Shown piece after piece: positions 9,288-19,027 of a DNA stretch of 64,000 bases. The stretch is from contig CAKOJR010000002.1 in the NCBI GenBank assembly GCA_934090735.1, positions 138,788 through 202,787 of the forward strand, in the 5' to 3' direction. Each line of letters opens with the position of its first letter. Position 1 is the stretch's first letter. Under the pieces are notes generated by a model, which saw only the letters and a program-made list of their open reading frames with translations, searched no databases and was not told where the DNA came from. The DNA comes from an uncultured Bacilli bacterium. Its GTDB lineage: Bacteria > Bacillota_I > Bacilli_A > RF39 > UBA660. The position numbers and the translations under genes were made by a program.

Positions 9288-11573
9288 TTATTCGTTAAAG
9301 AAGTCATCATAGTATTGGTCGTCTGTTGTTTCATCACTTACAACTATGCTATCATTGTCAATATTAATAACTGGTTCTTCTTTATCTTTATTATCATATG
9401 TAGTACCTAAGTCAAAGCGTTCTATCTCGGGTTCTTCTTTTCTTTCTGGCTCGGTATTTTTAATTTCATTTTGCTTAGCTTTTTCTAGTTCTTCTTCTTT
9501 TTCTAATTCAGCTATTTTAGCATCTATTCTTTTTACTAAATCGTCAACGTCAAATTTAGGTGATGCTGGTTTTTCTTCTTGAACAGGCACTTTTTCTTCA
9601 AACGTAGGATATTTATCAAAATTAAATGCACTGTTGTTTTCTTCCTGTTTTGGAGGCTGAGTATTACTTTCCATAAATGATTTTTCAAATTTAGAATTAG
9701 AAGTTTTAATATCTTTAGGTGTTTCAGCGACTTTATTAAATGGATTAAATCCAGTACTTATATTATTAGTTTCTTTTGTTTCTTCTTTTTCTTGTTCAAT
9801 ATTTGGAACTGGTGTTGGAGTTACTGGTGGCTTTTTATCTAAAGCATCAAATAGTTTGTTACGTTTTTTTACTTTAACAAATTCTTTGATATCGAATAAA
9901 TCGATTGGTCTTTTTTCTCTTTCAACTAGTACTCCGTTTCCATAGTTTGAATTTCCCCAGTCTATTTCAAAACTTGGAGCTAATTTTGTTCTAAATGGAT
10001 TTAGTCTTGATCTTAAAATAATTACTTCAAATAGTTTTAATTTTTGAAGGTCACTAACTGTAATAAGTGGTGTTGATGCAGTTTTCTCTTTGTCTTTAGA
10101 TTTGACTTCACCACATAGTTTACTAATTTCTTCTAAAGCAGCTAGCTCTGTTGTTATTAAGTAAATTATGTTGCCACAGTTACTTCTGATAGTTTCTGCT
10201 TGTTCTTTACCATAAACGTCGTTTAACTGAGCAAAATTTTGGATGATGAATGTGAAACGGATTGCTCTACTACGGGCTGCAGTGACCATTGTTGTAACAT
10301 CTTTAAGTGGTGGCATGTTTGCAAATTCATCTAAAATAAAGTTTGTACGATAAGGTAATCTACCTTTTGGACTGTTTTGTGCTACGTCAATTAGTGTTTC
10401 ATATGCTTGCTTTAGGAAGATTGTTGCAAGTGCATGGTATGTTGTTTTTTCATCATGAATAATCATAAATACTGCCGTTTTTTGTCTACCTATATCTTCC
10501 ATGTTGAAGTCACTATATGATAACATTTCACTTAATTGTTCACGAGAAGCAAATAGTCTTATTTTTTGTCTAAATACAGATAATATACTTCCTTTAGTTT
10601 CATTTGGAGCGTTAATTGTGTTAGATGCAAATACATAAGCACTTGAGTCTTCTCCTTTTAACATGAAGTATTCTTTTGTGTAGTTGCTTGTTGCAAAGTT
10701 TTCTTCACCTACTGTTGACATGTAGTTGATAGAGTTTAAGTTTATTTGTGATTCTTTGGCATCTTCAAACAAACCTAGTGCAAGACCTGAAAAGAAGTCT
10801 GCTGCACTTTTTTCCCAGAATGGGTCATTTTTATTTTCTGGGTCATACAAAATATTTAAAGCTACGTCATCTAGTAACTCGGTTGCTTTATCTGTATTTC
10901 CTTCTTGATAAAGTTTATATGGAAGTGTTAGAGGGTTCCAAGCATTTCCCATATTTGGATTACGGAAGTTTAGAACGATTATTTTATATCCTCTTTTTCT
11001 AAGCATTTCTGAGTGATCACGGTAAAGCTCACCTTTTGGGTCAGTTAGAATCATACTTTCGCCTTTACGAGCTAAACTTTGTACTTGTGGGTCAACTAGA
11101 CATTTAGTTTTACCTGAACCGGTTGCTCCAATTACTAGGGTGTGATAGTCTCCATTATCTACCCACATATTTTTTCCATCATTTATTAAAGGAATACCAG
11201 CGGCTTTTGCTTCTTGCTCTTTGATAATAACTTTTTCAACACCAGTATCTTTTTTTACTTCGCTGGCTTTAGCCCATCTACTATATCCCTTTTCATCTTT
11301 TTCACCGATTTTTAAGCCTATACCTTTACCTTTTTCTCTTTCAAATATATATGATGATACACTACCAAAAATAGTTATAAGTACAACTATAAATACTATT
11401 AGTGTTGCTGCTATATAGTCTTTGGTAAATCCCATAAAAAAATTAAGTCCATAAAGTTCGGCTGTGCCAAGTAAACTAGTTATATTAAGCACTGCTAAAG
11501 ATGATAGAATTAGTAATGCTATACAAAATATTATAAATATTGTTAAATCTTTTGCAGTTACTCTAAATTTCAT
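9288..11573 (-). CDS. type IV coupling protein (VirD4/TraG/PcfC-like) with long acidic low-complexity C-terminal tail
   Basis: 761 aa. N-terminal TM helices, Walker A VIGATGSGKTK, Walker B-like NFILDEFANM. GAGGAGTG SD upstream. Last ~190 aa E/K/P/N-rich, ending DDQYYDDFFNE. Confidence 0.8.
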   Translation of the reverse strand: MKFRVTAKDLTIFIIFCIALLILSSLAVLNITSLLGTAELYGLNFFMGFTKDYIAATLIVFIVVLITIFGSVSSYIFEREKGKGIGLKIGEKDEKGYSRWAKASEVKKDTGVEKVIIKEQEAKAAGIPLINDGKNMWVDNGDYHTLVIGATGSGKTKCLVDPQVQSLARKGESMILTDPKGELYRDHSEMLRKRGYKIIVLNFRNPNMGNAWNPLTLPYKLYQEGNTDKATELLDDVALNILYDPENKNDPFWEKSAADFFSGLALGLFEDAKESQINLNSINYMSTVGEENFATSNYTKEYFMLKGEDSSAYVFASNTINAPNETKGSILSVFRQKIRLFASREQLSEMLSYSDFNMEDIGRQKTAVFMIIHDEKTTYHALATIFLKQAYETLIDVAQNSPKGRLPYRTNFILDEFANMPPLKDVTTMVTAARSRAIRFTFIIQNFAQLNDVYGKEQAETIRSNCGNIIYLITTELAALEEISKLCGEVKSKDKEKTASTPLITVSDLQKLKLFEVIILRSRLNPFRTKLAPSFEIDWGNSNYGNGVLVEREKRPIDLFDIKEFVKVKKRNKLFDALDKKPPVTPTPVPNIEQEKEETKETNNISTGFNPFNKVAETPKDIKTSNSKFEKSFMESNTQPPKQEENNSAFNFDKYPTFEEKVPVQEEKPASPKFDVDDLVKRIDAKIAELEKEEELEKAKQNEIKNTEPERKEEPEIERFDLGTTYDNKDKEEPVINIDNDSIVVSDETTDDQYYDDFFNE

Positions 11574-11624
11574 TTAAGTCACTCCTCATTTTTATTATAT
11601 CTTAATTTCAAATTATTTTCTAGA

Positions 11625-12314
11625 TTATTTGCCAGTATTTTTTGCCTTTATTAAAATATATGTAATTATCCCTAATAAAAGTACACCAATAACGATAAAT
11701 ATTAAATTAAAGTTTATTTCTGGTTTATTTATAGTTTCTTCGGTTTGTTCTATTTTATTATAATTGACATATACTTCTTTGGTCTTGTAGTTATCTTTGT
11801 TTAAATGCCAAGTATATGTATTACCATTTACTCCATCGGCATTATGTTTACTTACTTTTTTATTGATTGTTACGTTTATTGTTAATTTTTCTAAATCAGG
11901 GTAGTTTTCAAAGATGCTTCTTTTGTTTCCTAAATTTAAACTGATTATGTTGCCTACTTCAGTAATTTTAAAGCTAGGTAAATGTTCTTTAACAATGGTT
12001 GATGAAGGATATTCTTCTTTGGTTAGTTCGGTTTGATAGCGTACACCTATTTCATTATTAGTATCTATTTTAGTGATTTTATAATATTTTAGATTGTTTT
12101 GTTTAAAGTTAACTTCTGGTTTGTAGTAATTATCGTCAACTGGAATATTTGATTTTAATGCTATATTAATCGTTTTCTGCATTTTATTACTTTTATCGTT
12201 TGTTGTTAGAATTAGTTCTTCATTAAATGTATCGTTATCTATGTTTAGGTTATATACTGCTTCACATCCAGTTAGGGATATCGTTAGTATTAGAAGTATT
12301 ATTATTTTTTTCAT
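11625..12314 (-). CDS. lipoprotein with additional C-terminal TM helix, T4SS cluster
   Basis: Lipobox LTISLTGC after MKKIIILLI (start at ATG 12312-12314, GGAGG 5 nt upstream). C-terminal hydrophobic stretch LIFIVIGVLLLGIITYILI. Confidence 0.6.
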   Translation of the reverse strand: MKKIIILLILTISLTGCEAVYNLNIDNDTFNEELILTTNDKSNKMQKTINIALKSNIPVDDNYYKPEVNFKQNNLKYYKITKIDTNNEIGVRYQTELTKEEYPSSTIVKEHLPSFKITEVGNIISLNLGNKRSIFENYPDLEKLTINVTINKKVSKHNADGVNGNTYTWHLNKDNYKTKEVYVNYNKIEQTEETINKPEINFNLIFIVIGVLLLGIITYILIKAKNTGK

Positions 12315-12315
12315 T

Positions 12316-14115
12316 CTATCCTCCACAGTGATTAGAGTAATATGCACTCATGGAAACACCTGTATAGTATGCAGCTTGGTCATAGCCGTATGTACGGTAT
12401 TGGACACCGCCACCTGTTGATTCTGCTGCTTTGATTTCGCTTCCGGTGTTTTCTAAAACTAGAATTACGTGACCTGAGTTAGCCATTACGTCTCCTGGTG
12501 AGAGTTTGCTAAATGGGATATGTTCTCCCAAAGATAGGAAGCCAGATGCTCCGGTTGCACCAGTTACGTTAGCTGCATGCATTGCCCAAGTAACAAATCC
12601 TGAACAGTCTAAGCCTTTGTAATAGTCATAACTGCCGTTTGGTTTTTGCATACCTGGTCCAACGTTAGCTCCCCACTGTCTATCAACGATTGGGTTTTTA
12701 GCTACGTGGCCACCACCATAGTAGTATGGTAAGTGAAAGCCTTTAGCGTGCAGACCATCTATAAGAGCTATTGCTGCTCTTGCTACTGATTGACCAGAGC
12801 AACCTGTGCCTACTGCTGAACGAATTTTATTTTCTAGTTCTACTACACCTGATTCGCCTATTGCATCTACAAGACTTTGACCTTTTAGTTCGTTACTTTC
12901 GGAAATTGATGGATAATCAAAATCAGATGAAGCTCCAGCTATAGTATTTTTACTTAGTATATAATTAATGACTATATCATGAATTTTTTGATATGTGGTT
13001 GGTGTGTAGTGCAAGCCGTCTTCGGTTTCAAAATTATCTTTTATTTGAGAGTAAACGTCAATGTAGTTTTCTCCAAAGCCATTTTGCATTACTGAGTTAA
13101 ATTCTTCAATACTTGAGTTTGTTACTGAGTATCCGTTTTCGGCTTCTTTTGTTTCGTCTACTGGGTTTACACTCATTACATAAAAAGTAACTCCGTCATA
13201 TTTAGTTTTTAGTTCTTCATATTTTGATAGATAGCTTGAGCTATTTGATAAGTCATTTACTCCGAAAGCTAGGACAACAAATTTTTTGCTTTCAATTTTG
13301 TTCTCTAGTTCTGGTATGGCACTATTTGTAAACCATGCGTATCCTGCCCCTACCTGAGCAATACTCGTAATACTTTTATTAGTGATACTGCTCATCATAC
13401 CTACAATACGTGAGTCTCCCATATAAATCATTAAGTTTTCAGCTTCGGCTTTAGTGTATGCAGAAGAGTTATAATTTGTATCAGAGCTATAGCCTACATC
13501 TCCGCCACTACTTGTTAGATCAAGCATTGCACCTGTATTTGGGCCCATAATAATTAGTAGTAATGGCATGAAGAAAAAGAAAATGAGTGATGCACCTATA
13601 CCAATAAAGATTATTTTATTTTTTAGAGACATTTTTTTAAAAAAGGGAATGTTTAGGTTACCTTTATTTTGGTTACTAGCGTTATTATCAGTATCGGAAG
13701 AGTTATTTTCGGCAGAATTATTACCAGCCATTTTTTGGGCAGCAGATGAAGCTTTTTGGGCTTGCTCTGTTTTATCTACGGCGGCTGCTGCTCCAGCTGC
13801 ATCACTAATTCCACTTTCACTTAATTTGTTTGAAGCTTCTTGGATTTTATTTCCCATTGGCATTCTTTTAGTAATTTTATTTATTGCACTACCTACAATC
13901 TGGCTAGATCTTCCTCCTGTTAGTTTGTCGGCACCTTTGACGATTGCTCCTGCTATGACTGCATGCGGTATTTTAGTTTTCATTGCAACATTTGCAGCAT
14001 TACGAAGATTATTAGCATTATTTTCGGTGTTTCTTGCGTCTTGGCTTTTTTGTTCGTCGGCATTTGCATCTGGTGTTAAGTTGTTTGACTGAGCATGATA
14101 AGTTTCTTCGTCCAT
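12316..14115 (-). CDS. membrane-anchored wall hydrolase: SGNH/GDSL esterase domain + C-terminal NlpC/P60 endopeptidase
   Basis: 599 aa. Disordered N-terminus, TM (IIFIGIGASLIFFFFMPLLLIIM). SGNH blocks GDSR / VGAGYAW / FGVNDL / DGLHYT. NlpC/P60 Cys GLDCSGFVTW and His GHVILVLE. Confidence 0.75.
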   Translation of the reverse strand: MDEETYHAQSNNLTPDANADEQKSQDARNTENNANNLRNAANVAMKTKIPHAVIAGAIVKGADKLTGGRSSQIVGSAINKITKRMPMGNKIQEASNKLSESGISDAAGAAAAVDKTEQAQKASSAAQKMAGNNSAENNSSDTDNNASNQNKGNLNIPFFKKMSLKNKIIFIGIGASLIFFFFMPLLLIIMGPNTGAMLDLTSSGGDVGYSSDTNYNSSAYTKAEAENLMIYMGDSRIVGMMSSITNKSITSIAQVGAGYAWFTNSAIPELENKIESKKFVVLAFGVNDLSNSSSYLSKYEELKTKYDGVTFYVMSVNPVDETKEAENGYSVTNSSIEEFNSVMQNGFGENYIDVYSQIKDNFETEDGLHYTPTTYQKIHDIVINYILSKNTIAGASSDFDYPSISESNELKGQSLVDAIGESGVVELENKIRSAVGTGCSGQSVARAAIALIDGLHAKGFHLPYYYGGGHVAKNPIVDRQWGANVGPGMQKPNGSYDYYKGLDCSGFVTWAMHAANVTGATGASGFLSLGEHIPFSKLSPGDVMANSGHVILVLENTGSEIKAAESTGGGVQYRTYGYDQAAYYTGVSMSAYYSNHCGG

Positions 14116-14133
14116 AAGGCACCTTCCTTTCTT

Positions 14134-14622
14134 TTATTTTTCGATTGTGTAACTATCTAGATAGACTGTGTAGTCCATGATGCTTTTTTCTTTAAAAATA
14201 AATGTGTTATTGTCACTATCTATTATATAAAATAGCTTGTATTTAGTTTTGTCTACTACTGTGTATGATACAACTTTGGCACTTAAAAATTTAGTTGAGT
14301 ATATGTTTTTTAAGGCTTTTTCAAAGTCGTTGTATGTTTGAAGCTTTTGGGCTTTGTAGTAATCATCTACTTTTGCGTATGCTTCTTCTTTATTATATAT
14401 TGTTAGGTTAACAAAATCTGCTAAATATTTTTTAGCCATATCTTCTTCAGTAACATAGTTGTATGTAACTTCGTTTACTTCATAGTTATGCAGATATTGA
14501 TAGTTATTTTTTGCTTCAGCTTCTTGTTCTTTTTTATTATATATTATAGAGAAGATAATAGCTCCAAGGACTGCTATAATGCAGATTATTATTGATATTT
14601 TGTCTGAATCAAATTTTTTCAT
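14134..14622 (-). CDS. N-terminally anchored small protein (possible VirB8/TcpC-like component)
   Basis: 162 aa. Single N-terminal TM, then a ~130-aa alpha/beta-looking domain. ATGA overlap with the upstream ORF. Function inferred only from position and topology. Confidence 0.3.
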   Translation of the reverse strand: MKKFDSDKISIIICIIAVLGAIIFSIIYNKKEQEAEAKNNYQYLHNYEVNEVTYNYVTEEDMAKKYLADFVNLTIYNKEEAYAKVDDYYKAQKLQTYNDFEKALKNIYSTKFLSAKVVSYTVVDKTKYKLFYIIDSDNNTFIFKEKSIMDYTVYLDSYTIEK

Positions 14623-15122
14623 TGTTCCTCCTTAAATATTTTTCCATCATAAGGAGTTATATCAAATAGTTTTTGATTATTGTCAATCGTTACAATTAGG
14701 TAATAATCGCCTACTTTTGAGCTACCGTCTATAGAGTCTTCGTAAAGGACTCCTTTAAGATAGTATTTATTAACTTTTTTTGATATTTTTTCTTCGTACA
14801 TTTTGCTTGCACTGAATGTAAGACTTCTTCCTGCAAAATTGTCTAACTTTGTTAAAACGTTTTCGCTAGTTATTTTGTTTTTGTCTATATATGATTCATT
14901 AAGAACCTTTATAAGAGCATCTTTATTTTCACTTGTAAGATAATTAATGTATTTTGTAGCACATCCGTTAGCTGTGAAGAAGTCTGAATAGTTTTCAACT
15001 AGTTTAATGTTAGTTTTTGTGCTTTCATTAGTTGTATTATCATTTTTTATTTTATTTATGATTATTGTTCCTAGAACTGTAAGAACCCCTATAGCAATTA
15101 TAATATATGTTTTTTTATCCAT
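14619..15122 (-). CDS. N-terminally anchored small protein (possible VirB8/TcpC-like component)
   Basis: 167 aa. Single N-terminal TM. AGGAG SD upstream. Position between the two hydrolases in the T4SS operon. Confidence 0.3.
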   Translation of the reverse strand: MDKKTYIIIAIGVLTVLGTIIINKIKNDNTTNESTKTNIKLVENYSDFFTANGCATKYINYLTSENKDALIKVLNESYIDKNKITSENVLTKLDNFAGRSLTFSASKMYEEKISKKVNKYYLKGVLYEDSIDGSSKVGDYYLIVTIDNNQKLFDITPYDGKIFKEEQ

Positions 15123-15136
15123 AAATTATCTCCTTA

Positions 15137-17218
15137 CTAATATCCGTGTACGAATATCTTACATTCTTTTTGACGCCTGCTTCTTAGTCCGGCTTCAAAT
15201 TGTGAACCAGCTCTTATAGCGATTGTGTGCCACCAGTTTGTACACAGTGCGTCTGTTGAACCATATGAGTTATATGCTTCAAAGAAACCACCTATTGTAC
15301 CTCGGTTATATTTCATGGATGTTAATGCGTCTAATTGGTTATCTTTTAAGGTTAAACCGTTACTTACGCAAAGTGCTTTTATTGATTCGCGGTCTTCGTT
15401 AAGCCGGTCAGCAAAGATTTGATCAACTACAGACTTGCTCATTGTTGTTCCACAGTAATTATAATATTCGTTTGTAGAGGTTAATTTTATACCATATCTA
15501 GCAAATAAATTTAAGTTATTTGCTAGAGTGATACCATAACCTACTGTAGGTATATCTCCATCATTACAATATACTGTGTATGTATCACCAGAACCGATGC
15601 TTCCTTCTAGCATTTTGATAAGTTCAACTAAATTAGATGAAGTCGATGGTGCTGGTCTTGGATTATCTTTGTCAACGTAGTTTAGGGGGTCTACTCTAGT
15701 TGATACGTCTGTTCTAACTTCAAAGTGTAAGTGAGTACCAGTAGAACGTCCAGATGAACCTACTTTAGCAATTACTTGACCTTGGCGAACTGAATCATTT
15801 ACTTTTACATTGATAGTTCCTTGATGAAGATGGGCATAAAGTGTATACATTCCATCTGAGTGACTAATCATAATGTAGTTTCCATATCCGCCACCACATG
15901 ATTTGTCGCCAAAAGATACACAGTTATTAATTACTTTTGTTACAATTCCATCTTTAGATGCAATAACGTTGACAATTCCTGGGTCACCGCCTGGAGCAAT
16001 ATCTATTCCAGAGTGACCACTATTAGCAGCTCCTGTTATTGGGTCAATTCTTAGACCAAACATACTTGTTATTTCTGTTGGTACAGGAGTTCCGGATGCA
16101 AATGTTACGCCACCTTCTTCTGTTGTTTCTGATGAACCAATTGGCCACCAGAAAGCATTGGGATTTCCAGCACTAGTATAGTTTACAATGTTATCTTCCT
16201 GACCGTAATTTTTGAGTAAATCTTTAATCATTTCTACTATTTTAGTTCTTGCTTCAGTTATGTCATCAATATATTCTTCTTTTTCAGATTCTGTTAATTC
16301 GGTATTTTTAGTTTTTCCGGTTTTTTCTAAAATTTTTGTATAGTAATTACTTAGGTGAGGCTTTTTATCGAAATAGTTACCTTTTACAAGGAATTCCCAA
16401 TATTTACTTTCAGCAACTTCTTGGGCATTGTTAACGGTGTAGGTGTAGTTTTCATAACCACTATTTGCGGCTTCGGTTTTACACTGATTTTCAGCGTCAG
16501 ATTTGATACCAAAAAATGATAGTACACCACTATTTGCTAGTACTTTTTCCCAGAAACCTACATAATCTTGTTTAATAAGGTCTTTACATGTGTTACCTTC
16601 TAGAATGGCCATGCTGCCAACGCATTCTGTTGTGGTTGTTCCATCTGTATTTTCTACAATTGTTGGTGCATAGGTTCCATAACATTGTGAGCGGTAGCCT
16701 AGCATCGATTTAATTAAAAGTTTTATTGTGTCTGATTCATTTTCCCAGTATGATGCATCGTATTCTTTATCGATATCATAATCGGTGTCTGTTTCATCTC
16801 CTGTGTATGGATTTGAGGATGAACTAGTTATTTCTTTATAGTAGTCGCCTGAGTCTGCAAATAAGTCCGGGTCTAATTCAAAGAAAGCTGTCATAATAAT
16901 TATTTTATCATCGATGAATAAACCTCTTGACTGATATTTTGCAAGTAATTTATATAGTCTTGTATAAAATACTTTTTGGCTAGCGATAATTTTTTCTTTA
17001 CATTTATCTATTTCTGGCTGGTTATCATAGTCCTCACTACAAAGGTATGTCCAATATCCTAAATTTTCTTCGGCAAATTTATCAAAATCAAATTCTGAAT
17101 ATTTGAAACTTGCTGCTTTTGTTATGTTTGGACTAAGAAAAAAAACTATTAAAAAGAAAGGTATTAAGGAAATACCTATTTTTAATAGTTTATTAGTTAA
17201 ATGTTTAAAGTTAAACAT
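15137..17218 (-). CDS. peptidoglycan hydrolase: M23 (LytM-type) endopeptidase + C-terminal GH24-type lysozyme
   Basis: 693 aa. N-terminal signal/anchor. M23 motifs HSGIDIAPGG and GTHLHFEVR. C-terminal LEGSIGSGDTYTVYCNDGDIPTVGYGI resembles the T4-lysozyme E..D..T(x)GYG catalytic region. Confidence 0.75.
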   Translation of the reverse strand: MFNFKHLTNKLLKIGISLIPFFLIVFFLSPNITKAASFKYSEFDFDKFAEENLGYWTYLCSEDYDNQPEIDKCKEKIIASQKVFYTRLYKLLAKYQSRGLFIDDKIIIMTAFFELDPDLFADSGDYYKEITSSSSNPYTGDETDTDYDIDKEYDASYWENESDTIKLLIKSMLGYRSQCYGTYAPTIVENTDGTTTTECVGSMAILEGNTCKDLIKQDYVGFWEKVLANSGVLSFFGIKSDAENQCKTEAANSGYENYTYTVNNAQEVAESKYWEFLVKGNYFDKKPHLSNYYTKILEKTGKTKNTELTESEKEEYIDDITEARTKIVEMIKDLLKNYGQEDNIVNYTSAGNPNAFWWPIGSSETTEEGGVTFASGTPVPTEITSMFGLRIDPITGAANSGHSGIDIAPGGDPGIVNVIASKDGIVTKVINNCVSFGDKSCGGGYGNYIMISHSDGMYTLYAHLHQGTINVKVNDSVRQGQVIAKVGSSGRSTGTHLHFEVRTDVSTRVDPLNYVDKDNPRPAPSTSSNLVELIKMLEGSIGSGDTYTVYCNDGDIPTVGYGITLANNLNLFARYGIKLTSTNEYYNYCGTTMSKSVVDQIFADRLNEDRESIKALCVSNGLTLKDNQLDALTSMKYNRGTIGGFFEAYNSYGSTDALCTNWWHTIAIRAGSQFEAGLRSRRQKECKIFVHGY

Positions 17219-17236
17219 ATTATCACCGCCTAATTA

Positions 17237-19027
17237 TTATAGTCCTCCACCTGAACCAAAGGAATCTAGTTCATCTTGAGTAAGAACTACATTTATTCTC
17301 ATACGTCTATTACCGCATACAAATAGTGCTTCACCTTGACTGTATGTTTTAATACTTTCTTTTTCATTGTCGTTTAGATCAATTAATCTTGATAAGTCTT
17401 CAACTGCTTGCTTTTTAAGTCCCATTACTAGGTAGTATGCTGCGTTGTCAAAGATTGCTTTTCCATGAACAAAGATATTTTCAGCAGCAAAGTCTGTAGG
17501 TTGCTGAGTGATAATGATTGTTCCTGTGTTGTATTTACGGCTACGTCTTTGAATTTGTGCTAGGAATTCGGCACCAAGTTCATTTTTACTTGATAGAAGA
17601 ACATGTGCTTCATCTACAAACATAATTGTATTTTTAGATTTATCTAAACATAATCCCCAAGCATATTTTAGAATGTTAAAGAATAATGCATTACGAATGT
17701 TTTCATCACTATTCATTAGTTCTTTAATATTAAATACTATAAAGTCACTCTTTGTTTCGATTGTTGTGTGTCCATTAAAGTAGAATCTTAGTTCTTTTAC
17801 AAAAGGTCTAACTCTTAGTTCTAGACGTTCCATAACGTCTTTTTCTCTTGTTGCTTCTGGCATTGATAAAAGTTTTCCTTTAATGGTTGCATATACGTCA
17901 TCAAAGATTGGAAAGTCTTTTGAGGTAAACTGACTAAAGTCTGTATTAAAATCAATACCGAATCTTTTATAAGTGTCTTGAACAACTTCACTAAACATTG
18001 CTAGAACGTCTTCTTCGATTGATGGATAGTAATATTTCATGAAGGCTTTTAATGATTGAAGAGTTCTTGTTAGAACTGTGTATCCTAAACCTTCTTTGAT
18101 TTCTTCTTCATCCGCATCGAAAATTACTTCTAGTGGGTTTACCATACCAAATGAACCACCACGACCTAAATCAATGAAATCGCCACCAAAGTTATGAGTC
18201 ATTTCACTTAATTCGCCTTCAGGGTCAATAGCAATAATTTTACAACCGTTTCTTATATGTGTTCTAAGCATTAGTTTAGCAGCAGTTGATTTACCACTAC
18301 CAGAAGTACCTAAAATAATCATGTTAGCATTGTTTCTATTAAACTCTTTTTTAGTTTGATATAAGAACTGATTAAATAAGACTACACCACCAGAGAAATC
18401 AACACCTAATAATGTGCTTGATCCTGGATCTTTAATACTATCAAAAACAAATGGGTACATTGCTGCTATTGTTGGACTAGGAATAGGAATACCTACTCTT
18501 TGCTCTACGTCTTGTTTAGGGAATATAGGAATCATTGATTTTAGAACTTTTTCTTGCTCAAACATCATTGGGATTCCCCTCATTCCCATTGCATCAAGAT
18601 AGTTTCTAATTTGCATTTTTTTATTTTCTAATTCTTCTTTTGTATCAGCTGTTAGCATGATATGCATTTGAAAGTCAAATATTTTTGATTGAGTTGCTGC
18701 AAGCATTTGGGCAAATGATTCTAAAGATTCGTAATCTTGACGAATTATTTCTTGCCTTGTTCTTTCATTTTCTCTTTGATAACTTTCTTTTAAATCAGCT
18801 ATTTGTTTATTGATCATACGACTCATTGTAGAAAAGTCGATAGGAATATGTTTAATTACCACTTTTACACCTGGTAAGTTAGTAATATTTGCTAAAAATC
18901 CAGGGCCTATAATTTTGGGGTAACTTATGATAGTTAATATTGTTGCATATTTATCACTAATCATAAATTCATTTACATCGAATTTCATTCCTTTAGGAGC
19001 TATTTCACTTTTAAATGTATTAGACAT
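17237..19027 (-). CDS. VirB4-family T4SS ATPase, C-terminal (ATPase) portion
   Basis: 596 aa. Walker A ILGTSGSGKST, Walker B IMFVDEAH. N-terminal segment DKYATILTIISYPKIIGPGFL is typical of Gram-positive VirB4/TraE/PrgJ proteins. Confidence 0.85.
   Translation of the reverse strand: MSNTFKSEIAPKGMKFDVNEFMISDKYATILTIISYPKIIGPGFLANITNLPGVKVVIKHIPIDFSTMSRMINKQIADLKESYQRENERTRQEIIRQDYESLESFAQMLAATQSKIFDFQMHIMLTADTKEELENKKMQIRNYLDAMGMRGIPMMFEQEKVLKSMIPIFPKQDVEQRVGIPIPSPTIAAMYPFVFDSIKDPGSSTLLGVDFSGGVVLFNQFLYQTKKEFNRNNANMIILGTSGSGKSTAAKLMLRTHIRNGCKIIAIDPEGELSEMTHNFGGDFIDLGRGGSFGMVNPLEVIFDADEEEIKEGLGYTVLTRTLQSLKAFMKYYYPSIEEDVLAMFSEVVQDTYKRFGIDFNTDFSQFTSKDFPIFDDVYATIKGKLLSMPEATREKDVMERLELRVRPFVKELRFYFNGHTTIETKSDFIVFNIKELMNSDENIRNALFFNILKYAWGLCLDKSKNTIMFVDEAHVLLSSKNELGAEFLAQIQRRSRKYNTGTIIITQQPTDFAAENIFVHGKAIFDNAAYYLVMGLKKQAVEDLSRLIDLNDNEKESIKTYSQGEALFVCGNRRMRINVVLTQDELDSFGSGGGL

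Noticed and set aside
13568-14092. 174-aa plus-strand ORF inside the SGNH/NlpC-P60 gene; similar long antisense ORFs occur at 20310-20669, 21354-21818, 35875-36372, 39074-39562, 46221-46721 and 59465-59875
   Set aside because: All are fully nested antisense to ORFs with clear catalytic motifs. They lack an SD and give hydrophobic or Ser/Leu-rich nonsense typical of shadow frames. The shorter 60-100-aa track ORFs on the opposite strand were treated the same way.
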